Part shown: piece after piece, positions 1-10,140 of the stretch
How the letters are laid out: each line of letters opens with the position of its first letter
Numbering within the stretch: the stretch's first letter is position 1
DNA from: Harriotta raleighana
Lineage: Eukaryota
Direction of reading: 5' to 3'
NCBI GenBank assembly: GCA_050575255.1
Contig: JBNZDD010013719.1
Span: 3,733,473 to 3,797,472, forward strand
Length of the DNA: 64,000 nucleotides
Notes under the pieces: model-generated
What the model was told of the DNA's origin: nothing
Databases searched by the model: none
The model's input: only the letters and a program-made list of their open reading frames with translations
Made by a program: the position numbers and the translations under genes

Positions 1-248
1 CCTATGGGTTCCTCTGGCACGGAGAGGACAGGCAGATACTGCATTTGACAGGCATACACTGCCAAATTTAGCTGCCACATCTTATCCGTTCTCAACGTGA
101 ATGTGCTGATATGCTACCTTCCAGGGGGCTTTTGGTTGTTAAATCCGATTTCTATATGTATGCTTACCTTCTTCCCGGAACGTGATGAAATTGTTCACTA
201 ATAGCCCCGCTCTCCGTCGTCCGTTCTCCTGATGCCTACGAGCATGCC

Positions 249-266
249 ATCTCGGTGGAACCTCCA
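249..266 (-). promoter_or_regulatory. Second copy of the tRNA-Gln PBS, downstream of the 3' LTR
   Basis: Identical 18-mer; part of a duplicated leader segment (162-277 matches 5543-5658). Confidence 0.8.
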
Positions 267-269
267 AAT

Positions 270-886
270 TGTTAAATNNNNNNNNNNGCTTTATTAATAT
301 GATACCAGTAAAGGAGAAGAGAATATGCTTCTCACAATGGGAGTCGTTTTCTATCCTCTGAATTAGAGTTGTTCCAACATCTCCTTTTATACAGTTAAAA
401 CAGTACATCATTTATAATTGTTTTCACACGAGAAAAAGCTAATATAAATGTTATCTTGACACACACAATCAAAGAACAAAATGGAGTTAGGTATGCAAGC
501 TGGTGTCATCAGTACCTTTTGGCTCAAGGACGCCTATTTGTTCCCGTGGGAGAGGAATGCTGACTGGGCCTCCTTTAACTGAGAGCTGGTCTTTACCAGT
601 CTCTTTATCTTGTCTAAAAATGCTAGTGGCATTCCTATCCTCTTTTCCCAGTGAACTCTGTCTTAAAGGAGTTGTTACATTCCTATACCAGTCCGAGGCA
701 TGTCCGAGAATTTTAACCTGATAATGTTTAAATAAATCAGGTGGTCTGAAAGTAAGTGTGTCTAGATGAAAGTGGATAGTATGTGTGTGTGTTTTAATAG
801 AGATAAGGTTAGTAAATATCACAATATTAGTCCTAACTATAATTAGTTTGTTCACGCATGGGTATATGTTTAGTTATACTTCCACA
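270..886 (-). repeat. 3' LTR (interrupted by N gap at 278-287)
   Basis: 288-886 aligns to 5729-6328 with about 5 substitutions and one 1-bp indel by eye; immediately preceded on the minus strand by the PPT. Confidence 0.9.
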
Positions 887-898
887 CTCCTCCCTTTT
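887..898 (-). promoter_or_regulatory. Polypurine tract
   Basis: AAAAGGGAGGAG directly abuts the TG of the 3' LTR, just after the env stop. Confidence 0.9.
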
Positions 899-1640
899 AT
901 CCTAAGTAGGATAATTCAATTTTTTGCATACTTTCTCCGGGTTTAAGTAACATAAAGGTGGGTGCATTTTTCTTAATGCATTGTGTACAATATACCATTG
1001 TAATTTTAACTATTACACAGATAACCACAATAATTAATATTATTTCTATCAGATATACCACTATTGTCTTTGCCCATCCTCCAAACAGTCCTGTGAACCA
1101 TCCAAACAAGCTCCAGTCGTTTTTGTTGATGATGCCAAATGCATCTTTTCCCGTATCATTAATTGTTTTAGTGAGATTAGATATGTCAGCCCGAAAAGTC
1201 ATGTATTTGCATGCAATACATCATCCCTATTATCTTCCACACTCTTCCCGAAGATGCTAACACAAGTCAAGAGCCATTCTGTTCTGAAATGCCATTAGTC
1301 ATATCTCAGATAATCTTTTGGAGGTATTAGGGGAAGAATGCTTGCAATTGGTAATTTAATATTTTTTTTTTTTGAATCACATCTTTACTATCAGTAGCTT
1401 GTTTGCTATTCGGGGTAACCATTGGCTGATGGCAGAGACGTTTAGCAGTACAATTATTTCAATTGTTGCAGTGCATGATAAACTTAACTTTTACACATCC
1501 TCTCTCTTGCTCACTCATCTCTGCATTGTAATTTACAGTAGCTGAACACAGTGTAAGATTATACATTATAATTAGTAATTGAAGGTAACGTTTTAAAGTG
1601 AGGAGCAGGAAGATCCACAACTCTCGTTGCCTGCTTCTTG
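897..1640 (-). pseudogene. env: env remnant: signal peptide/SU start fused to TM
   Basis: Hydrophobic leader WIFLLLTLKRYLQLLIIMYNLTLCSA; immunosuppressive-domain-like FQNRMALDL near 1265-1290; TM anchor IVVYLIEIILIIVVICVIV in ORF 897-1202. Confidence 0.85.
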
Positions 1641-1689
1641 CAAGACCTTTGTTGCTGCCACAGCTGGAGTCGTTATGTGTTCCCGACCT

Positions 1690-2955
1690 TTCGCCAGTTT
1701 GCAGTGGGAAGCATGAACCCATGTTCCCTCTTTCTTGCAGTTTGGCAGCAGTTGGTAACGTCAGCAGCACTTAAAACGGTCCGTTCCGCAGGGGTTCCAA
1801 CTTTTATTTTCAGTTGCGAATCAAGACATAATCTCCAGCCTGTATCCTAGGACCAATATCCTTCGAGTCTTCCGTCTGACCGCCTCCCTACTTATATTGC
1901 TTCTGGACCTGTAAATGATACTACAAACTTTTTGTTAGAGCAATCACATAATCATGTACTTCACTTGTCATTTCATAAATGTCAGAGGGACTATGTGTCC
2001 TGGAGAATGCCCAAGGAGTTTGTAATGTTTTCCCGTACAATATCTCAGCTGGTGACAACTTAGTTTGCCGTTGTGGTGTGACTCTCATTTTGGAATAGAG
2101 CCAGAGGTAGAATTTTAACCAGCTCAGTCCCGTTTCTTCAGTCAGTTTTGAAAGTTTTAGTTTCAATGTTTGATTAGCCATCTCCACTAATCCTGCAGAT
2201 TGAGGATGTTATGGGCAATGGAACTGCTGCTTAATGTTTATTTGGTCACAGAGTTCTTTGTTTATCCGGGCTGTAAAGTGTGGTCCATTATCGCTAGATA
2301 GGCGTTCCAGCACTCCGAACCTGGGAACAAAGCATCACTCCTTCGAGTGGGGTATGTTTCTACCCATCGAGAAAATACATCTAAAATCACTAACACATAC
2401 ATAAAACCCAAACATTTAGGCAATTGAATAAAGTTCATTTGCAAATGTACAAAGGGTCCCCAAGGCTGTGATGCAGCCTGCAGTCGGAGCCTTGCCCTCA
2501 ATATACTTGTTACGTACAACACACTGCGTACTTATTTTCTCAGCTACAGTAGCAAATCCAGGTACATACCAGGATTGTTGAAGAATACTTAACATCTGAA
2601 TAATACTTAACATAATAATACATCTGAATAATACTTAACATAATAATACTTAACATTTGAATAATATTTAACATCCCCCCTTTGCCCGCATGTGTATAAA
2701 TATGATACATGTGGGCAAGCCAGGGCAACAGGCTCTTTGGGGCAACCATGCGGCTGTCATGGGAGACCCAGAGAACTGATTTGAGCTGGGAGCATCTTGC
2801 AGCCTTCCAGAGCGAGATTTCATTCGATGGAGACTCGGACTGGGATTGGGAAAGGGAGTAGCAGCCACAACACATAGTTTTACCACAACCCCTGAATGAC
2901 CATACGCAGCTGCTTTTGCGGCACGGTCTGCACGGGCATTATCTAAAGAAAACGC
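1690..2955 (-). pseudogene. pol: pol remnant: RNase H C-terminus plus integrase
   Basis: DNARADRAAKAAA (RNase H end), HxxxH zinc motif, PFVHLQMNFIQLP...LVILDVFSRWVETYP, PQSAGLVEMANQTLK, then GDYVLI...GPF...WVHASHCK (IN C-terminus); multiple frameshifts. Confidence 0.92.
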
Positions 2956-2990
2956 TGTGGTAATGCTCCGTGGATTAGAGGGTGGCATCC

Positions 2991-3480
2991 CTATTCGTGT
3001 TGCTGCTCATGAAGAGAGAGGGTAGGAAATGGGGCATTTTTAGTAAACGGAGCCCAATTTCTTTGTGGATCCTCTCCTGTCAGTGGCCATTGTCCAGAAT
3101 TAGAATTTTCCCAGCCCCGACCTCTGCCTCATCCACGTCCACGAACCCATCCCCTACCATAACCCTGATAATTGTTGTGAGGGTTAGGGTTTGGGTGGTC
3201 GAACAGGGCATATTGAACTAAGACGCGCTCGGGCTTTTCTTTAGATTTTTTATTGTTGTGATTGAATTTGGCGTTGACAATGCTGCAGAATGCTGACAAC
3301 TTCATTTAAAGGCTTAGCTTCCCATCCAATACAAGCAATACAAAACATTTACTTAATATGTGGTTGCAACCCGTTTACAGTAGCATTTACTAAAGCAGGC
3401 AATCCAGCTTCCGGAGTAATAGCCGAAGATTTTTTTTCGAATCTCTCACAACTAATCTTAATTTAGCAAGCTTTAAATCT
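2991..3480 (-). pseudogene. gag: gag capsid C-terminal / NC-region remnant ending in TAG
   Basis: PALVNATVNGLQPHIK*MFCIACIGWEAKPLNEVVSILQHCQ (CA-CTD-like), then a GR-rich stretch and TAG GGA TGC at 2991-2993, the gag-pol readthrough-type context of gamma/epsilon retroviruses. Confidence 0.75.
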
Positions 3481-4259
3481 TTTACTTTGGTAACATTCAT
3501 GCACAGTACTTAGCGTAAATAGCATAAAAGCAGCAAAGTATATAAAACTACAAGACATTGTAAAATCACAAAAACATAAGACATGAGTATTACAGTTCAA
3601 AGCAATTGAAAATGTAAACCTTCTTAGTGGGTGGGAGAGTTGGAGCAAAAAGTACAAGTTATCCCAGATGAAGCGGCTGCATGGAATGCCATTCTTGTCT
3701 AGTACCTGTAAGAACTAAATTCTGTTTCTTTAAACATGTTCAGTTGTTAACATGACATGATCATTAACTGCAGAAACACTTTCAATTTATATGGAAACGA
3801 AAGAGTTACGCAAAGTCCGTTTGTCCACACAAACCAGAGTGCTTGCAGTCCGTGAATTTAAATTGCCCAAGGTCAATGGCTGCAGTAAATGATTTTTAAA
3901 AATTTTCCATTTAAAACTTGACTGGCACTGTTGCAAAACTGGAGAAATAACACCGTTTAGCTCTGTGCACAGTTCAGAAATGCAAATACTTGTTTTTTTT
4001 ACAATATAAATAGTTCACTTCAAGAAAGCTGTGGTTGACTATTCATGAGCCATGAAAAATAGCCCCAAAACACTGCAATATATATAAGGTATAGGACCTT
4101 CCATAGTACAACATAAATATATGCAATATTTAAGTTTAAAGCCAGTAAATAGGTTGCTTCTCTCTCAACAAAGCAAATAGGTTTCCTTAAAATATCAAGT
4201 CTTTCTGATTCTCTACTCCAACATACTGTATTCCTTTCTCTATACTTCCTGTTAACCAC

Positions 4260-4480
4260 AAAGTATAGCTCCATCAACCAACATCCTTATTCTTTTTTTC
4301 TTTTCACGGTTCTGTAGGACGTCTCCTAAGGCCGTTATTTGTTCGCTATTCCAAGACCCATCGCAAGGGAAACCATTTCCCTCACACCGTGACCATTTTT
4401 CCCACTTTTCCACATGATTGATATTCTCTGGACCATAATTATTTTACTTAAAGCAATAGGGTTGATCTCAAACTAAGTCA
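4260..4480 (-). pseudogene. gag: gag matrix (MA) remnant
   Basis: Manual translation NNYGPENINHVEKWEKWSRCEGNGFPCDGSWNSEQITALGDVL...*GCWLME resembles the YG..W..W..FP.xGS pattern of epsilon-like MA; frameshifted with stops. Confidence 0.65.
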
Positions 4481-4924
4481 TAACTCTTATTTATTTATCA
4501 CACATATAAGCGCATGGTGATCCTTTTGACAGGACACAATTTTTACTTTGTTTTTTTTTGACCCTTTTTCAAATTTTTATGTTGCTGTATTTTAGACAAT
4601 GGACCAGAGCAATACACGAATAATTTTCAAGAGATAATAGTAATTTACTTGAGGGACTCGGAACTCTATTATAAGGGACTTTAACCCTTTTTTTACAGTA
4701 TGGGGACTTCAACCCACATACGGGGACTTTAACCCCTTCAATGAACCATCAGCAGGCCAACAGTGTGTGTTCCATTTTTCCATAATTTAAGGTACTTTAC
4801 AGCCTCTTGTCCATAAATACTCATCATAAAAGCACAGGGCGTTCCCTTAGGACAGTTATCTGTTTAAATTAAGAACTAATTTGGATGAGTTCTTACCCAT
4901 TTTATTAGAACTTAATTTTTTTTA

Positions 4925-5045
4925 CTAGATTCTTTTATACTTTAAGACTTCTTATCACTCTTAAGATTTCTTATTCTCTAAGATTTCTTATACTCTAAGA
5001 TTCCTTATACTCTAAGATTTCTTATACTTTAAAATACTTATACTG
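4925..5045. repeat. ~17-18-bp tandem array in ERV leader
   Basis: TAAGATTTCTTATACTC repeated about 6 times. Confidence 0.85.
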
Positions 5046-5144
5046 TATCTTAATCTTATGGCCGGCCTCTAAATAACTTATAGTTTGTAAGTTTTTTTTT
5101 AGCGATTTTGTGGATTTCGTTTAGGAATGCGACTCCCCACATTA

Positions 5145-5392
5145 TTATTTTAGGGCTCCGACCCTCTTTTATTTTAGGGCTTCGAACCTCTTTTATTTTA
5201 GGGCTTTGATCCTTTTTTTATTTTAGGGCTTCGAACCTCTTTTATTTTAGGGCTTCGACCCTTTTTTTATTTTAAGGCTTCGAACCTCTTTTATTTTTAG
5301 GGCTTTGAACCTCTTATTTTAGGGCTTCGACCCTTTTTTTTATTTTAAGGCTTCAAACCTCTTTTAATTTTAGGGCTTCGAACCTCTTTTAG
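5145..5392. repeat. ~25-bp tandem array (10 units) in ERV leader
   Basis: Unit TTTTATTTTAGGGCTTCGAACCTC, with GAACC and GACCC variants largely alternating; no spacers. Confidence 0.95.
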
Positions 5393-5542
5393 ACGTCATT
5401 CATATATATTTTTAAAAATCATTTATAAAAAAAATATTTTTTTCAATTTATAATGGCAGTGTCGTAAGTACCAAGAGAAGATCAGAGCAGGGTTTTTTTT
5501 AGAGTGAACAATTCCAGTGCAAGCAATGTTGCATGCAAATAC

Positions 5543-5551
5543 GCTTACCTT
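5543..5551 (-). promoter_or_regulatory. ERV major splice donor candidate
   Basis: AAG|GTAAGC about 80 nt downstream of the PBS. A candidate env acceptor TCATTTACAG| lies near 1908-1918. Confidence 0.6.
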
Positions 5552-5629
5552 CTTCCCGGAATGTGATGAAATTGTTCACTAATAGCCCCGCTCTCCGTCG
5601 TCCGTTCTCCTGATGCCTACGAGCATGCC

Positions 5630-5647
5630 ATCTCGGTGGAACCTCCA
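5630..5647 (-). promoter_or_regulatory. Primer binding site, tRNA-Gln
   Basis: Minus-strand TGGAGGTTCCACCGAGAT is complementary to the 3' 18 nt of vertebrate tRNA-Gln(CUG) (...ATCTCGGTGGAACCT-CCA). Confidence 0.92.
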
Positions 5648-5650
5648 AAT

Positions 5651-6328
5651 TGTTAAATCCGATTTCTGTATGTATGTGTGTGTTCTTAGGGTATAAGAAA
5701 CAACACTTAGAAAAGATAATTAGAATGCGCTTTATTAATACGATACCAGTAAAGGAGAGGAGAGTATGTTTCTCACAATGGGAGTCGTTTTCTATCCTCT
5801 GAATTAGAGTTGTTCCAACATCTCCTTTTATACAGTTAAAACAGTACATCATTTATAATTGTTTTCACACGAGAAAAAGCTAATATAAATGTTATCTTGA
5901 CACACACAATCAAAGAACAAAATGGAGTTAGGTATGCAAGCTGGTGTCATCAGTACCTTTTGGCTCAAGGACGCCTATTTGTTCCCGTGGGAGAGGAATG
6001 CTGACTGGGCCTCCTTTAACTGAGAGCTGGTCTTTACCAGTCTCTTTATCTTGTCTAAAAATGCTAGTGGCATTCCTATCCTCTTTTCCCAGTGAACTCT
6101 GTCTTAAAGGAGTTGTTACATTCCTATACCAGTCCGAGGCATGTCCGAGAATTTTAACCTGATAATGTTTAAATAAATCAGGTGGTCTGAAAGTAAGTGT
6201 GTCTAGATGAAAGTGGATAGTATGTGTGTGTGTTTTAATAGAGATGAGGTTAGTAAATATCACAATATTAGTCCTAACTATAATATAGTTTGTTCACGCA
6301 TGGGTATATGTTTAGTTATACTTCCACA
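5651..6328 (-). repeat. 5' LTR (678 bp)
   Basis: Minus strand begins TGTGGAAG and ends GGATTTAACA, 3 nt before the PBS. TATAAAA at 5826-5832 and AATAAA at 5731-5736 (minus strand). Confidence 0.95.
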
Positions 6329-8721
6329 GCTCCCAGAGTGGACTAATTGTGGCCAATGCTATCCACTCGTCCCAGTATATGCTCTATTCTGACCCATTCA
6401 GATCAGTATCCTGACTCTTCCTGAACCATAATGGGAATGCGCTCAGTCCCAATACTTCCTGGAATATTATAGAATGGACTCTATATCCCAGGTCATCCTG
6501 GAATATTCCAGCATGGGTTCTGTATCCAAACATCTGGAATGTTCCTGGACAGGCTCTGAATCCCAACTCATCCTGAAATTTTCTAGGAATGGAATCGGTA
6601 TCTCATTCCTGCTGGGATAACAGTGAGGGAGGGGACCAATGAAAGAATTGTTGCAATATTGATGCCTCTGAATGGTAAAGAATGTAATCAAGTGGAAGCA
6701 CCTGTATTGTGCGTGGAGCTCACACACTCCCGTATACCTAGCAACCTGGGAATCAGCCATTTGTTTAAAGGATGCTTTGTTCTCATTTTGATGCTGAAAT
6801 GTCCATGCAGATTGCAAAGGGTTACTGATGCAACCACAACCTCTGAGGGGGTTTAGGTTTTTTGAGATTGTGACATTTTGCTTTCGGTTCCTCATTCCCA
6901 TCATTGCTGTGTCTAATACATGATAGGTTCTCAGTTTTTTCACATGTCAAGTGTGCTCAATAGGAAGCACTAATTCTGTATTATCTTGGAATCCATAGGA
7001 ATGCTTCCATGTTTACCGTCGGATATCTGACCAAAGTTTTTCAATCTTGCAACTAAACAAAGAATTGGGTTTAATTCAAGGTGTCAGCTTGGTTCAGTTG
7101 GTAGCATTCTTGCTTATGAGAAGGTTGTGTTCTGAGGGATCTAAAGGGAGGAGATAATATCAAGCCACACTTTGTATTGTCACAGAGGAATAGTAGCAGA
7201 GGCTTTTTGCTCAGCGCTCTCCACTCTTTCACAAATTACTTATATGACTCCCACTGTGACAATATCCAAATTGAGAGCAACGATATGCAACTCTTTGTGC
7301 TGTTAAACTACTCTGTGTAATTTGGACCTGGTATCAATCATCCTTGTGTGCACCAATGAAATTTCATCAGATATCTACGTCTTCAAAAGATTCACCTCAA
7401 TAAAGCGTCCGAAGTTTCTGTTTTATTGCTTCCTTGTGCTTTATTCTTCTCTTTCACTCAAACTGATGGTTGCTAGTGGTTGCAGGACTCTGTAAAGGTT
7501 GTTGTTAGTCTGTCCATTCATTTCCAATGAGTGTAGGTACTGACACCTCCCATCAGCAGAACCTTGAAAACCCACACTGACTGCCAACCACATACATTAC
7601 AGCAGTGCCCCGTTATAATGTTTAGTTGGGGGATCCATAAAATCCCAACCATTGCTATAAAGGGAGAGTGATCACTGGTCAGCACTTCTTCATAGACTGC
7701 GCATGTATGTCGTAATTCGACATGAATGTACTTGCTTCCCACACAGGAAATGGCATTGGCGGAAGCCATTTTTTAGTGGGCAAAAAGCCATTTGAAATGA
7801 GTTGGCTGGCTCTCTGTGTCTTTTTAAAAATTTATCTTTTGGTAAGTAAATATCAACGGTCACACTCCAAACACATAATAATGAAACATGTTAGCAGGGT
7901 TCTGCTTTATTTTGGTAGTTTCAAGATGACATTAGCTTGAATTGCAAGATAGACCCGGCAGGACAAGACTGTGTCTTCAACATGCGATTGCCTTCGGTAA
8001 GAATGCAGTGATTGGTACAGAATAACAGCAGGTTATCCTGGAAAGTGAACCCTAATGTGAGATCAATTATTATAGTTATTCTAGTAATGAGTTACTCCAG
8101 TGCTCTAAACTGATGTGACAGGTGCATTGATGACACACTTCAGGTTTCAGTAACTAGAGCTCTAGTACTGTATGATACGCAGAAATTGTCTGTGGTTAAA
8201 TCATTTATCCTGCGGCCTGAAACATCAGTGATAAATGAAGTGGCTCAACATCATGTATCTATTTCATAACTTAAACTTAAACTATAAGTGAAGTTATCAG
8301 GGTATTACAAGACTGCAATCGGAGGCTGGGGTTGGTTCAGAACATGCAAGGCTGTAATGGGGGCTGTCACATTGAAGGACACTATACTGATGGTATGTTT
8401 TAAAACGTAAGTTTTGTAATGCCTCCTATATTATTTTTCTCCATCTCTCAAACCATCTCCAACACAGAGGCAAATGGGCATTATGATCTAAACATTACAT
8501 ATACAGTATATTCTTTGAGACATCTTGAAGGCATGAAAAAGCACTATATCAAGTGCAAGGATTAATTATACATTATAACCTTGGACCAATGCACTGAACC
8601 TGGCACTAGTTTTTTTTTGTATACCAGATTCAACCTTTCTTTCATTATTTTTCACGGCATTTGGTGCACCTAACTAGGTAGAGGATAACATTGTGGTAGA
8701 AGCATCTACGTCAAGGAGATA

Positions 8722-9626
8722 CAGTTAATCCTCTTCAAAGACGACTTTATCGATTGCGAATTCAAGTATACGCGACGAAACAAAAGCATAACTTTTTTGT
8801 GCGTCGCGGGTAAAACTTGTGTATACGCGCTGGCTGGCCCCTGCGCGCATGCGCACGGGTGAAGACGCCAATAGCTCACGACTAAATCCGATGATTCCTC
8901 GGCTGGCTGGTCCCATGTACATGCACATTTTTGACGAGGCTGGCAGATCCAGACTAAAGCTGAAGCCCTGCGTGCAATGCATTCTGGGTAAATAGAATAA
9001 CGCTTTTGCCTCGGAGAATTTTATTGCGTTGCATTGTAAACGAGACAAACGGAGAGAACGACAGGAATCGTACAGCAATGTAGGATAATCTACCCTGTTT
9101 TTTTATTGCTTTACTGCTTTGTTATCACTTTATTATAGCAATAATGCAATAACAAAGCCTCTGTAACCTTTCTGTGTCTCCCATCCCCAGCACTCTTCGA
9201 GCGGCTCGCACCTCAGCGAGTCCGTCCCCGCCTTGTCCACCCCCCCGCCTCCGAGCAGTTCTCTTTTCCCTCTCCCCCCAAGCCGCCCGCCAGCCGCTCT
9301 CCCCGATTTCTCTCTGCCTTCCTCCCGGGCTGCCCTGAATTGCCCACTTCCCGGATGCTAGGAGAGACGAGAGCAGGAAGAGTGGGGAGGGTGGGGGGGA
9401 GCAACAAAGTGGGGAGAGGCGAGCGGAGTGAGGAGCGGGCCAGCCAGCTGTAGCCCACCTCAGTAGGCACCTTGCATCGGATGTGCTGGAGGCTTTAGGT
9501 GGGTAGCCTGCAACTGGATTCCCCTAACCCCCCTTTTCCTATTACTTCTTAAGCTTCTCCAACGCGATTTTGTTGAGTGCATAGTTTTCCAGGAACGTAA
9601 CCCCCGCGATCGACAAGAGTTAACTG
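8722..9626. mobile_element. Non-autonomous Tc1/mariner-superfamily (pogo/Tigger-like) element
   Basis: TA|CAGTTAATCCTCTT ... AAGAGTTAACTG|TA inverted ends with TA duplication; CpG-rich interior; no transposase. Confidence 0.8.
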
Positions 9627-9764
9627 TATTGTCTTAGAATTAGAGATAAGATGGCTAGAAGTAAGATCAAAAAACATTTGCATCAAATGATATGGCATGC
9701 TTAACAGGCTATTTGGCCCAACTAGTTGGTGCTAGTGTTTATACACCACATCAGCCTCTGATGA

Positions 9765-10140
9765 TAATAATAATAATCTTTGAATTTGATATAGCATTTT
9801 TCACATCTTCTAGACGTTCCAAAATGCTTCACAGAATATGCTTCAGTAATCTTCAGTAAAGTGAATTGACTGTATGTATGGGCAAAGCCCAGCAGCCAAT
9901 TGTTCAGTAATCTTCAGTAAAGTGAATTGACTGTATGTATGGGCAAAGCCCAGCAGCCAATTGTGCACAGTAGTGTCCCACAAACAGTCATGGATTGAAA
10001 TGACCAATTTATTATTGGGTTTTTTATTGAGGGATTATTATCAGGAGTGTGGAGTCAGGAAACTTTCCCAAGATTTCACCCTACCTGCAATCAAACCCAA
10101 GTCTCTCACTTGTAAGGCAAGTGCTCTAACCATTGAGCCA
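9765..10140 (-). mobile_element. tRNA-derived SINE with L2-like tail
   Basis: Same family as 58777-59100; contains a perfect 61-bp tandem duplication (9842-9963). Confidence 0.85.

Larger units (their letters stand above)
137..6328 (-). mobile_element. Defective endogenous retrovirus (class I, gamma/epsilon-like): LTR-PBS-gag-pol-env-PPT-LTR
   Basis: Two direct-repeat LTRs with TG...CA ends, an 18-nt tRNA-Gln PBS, a PPT, and recognisable MA, CA, RNase H, integrase and TM remnants in retroviral order on the minus strand. Confidence 0.95.

Noticed and set aside
139-855. ORFs 139-411, 487-855, 503-721 and their twins at 5499-6263
   Set aside because: They are duplicated only because they lie in the LTRs or leader; no protein motifs.
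5145-5392. CRISPR-like array
   Set aside because: The units are contiguous with no unique spacers, the context is a vertebrate ERV, and there are no cas genes.
9842-9963. Perfect 61-bp tandem duplication
   Set aside because: It lies within a SINE copy; an ordinary local duplication with no functional indication.
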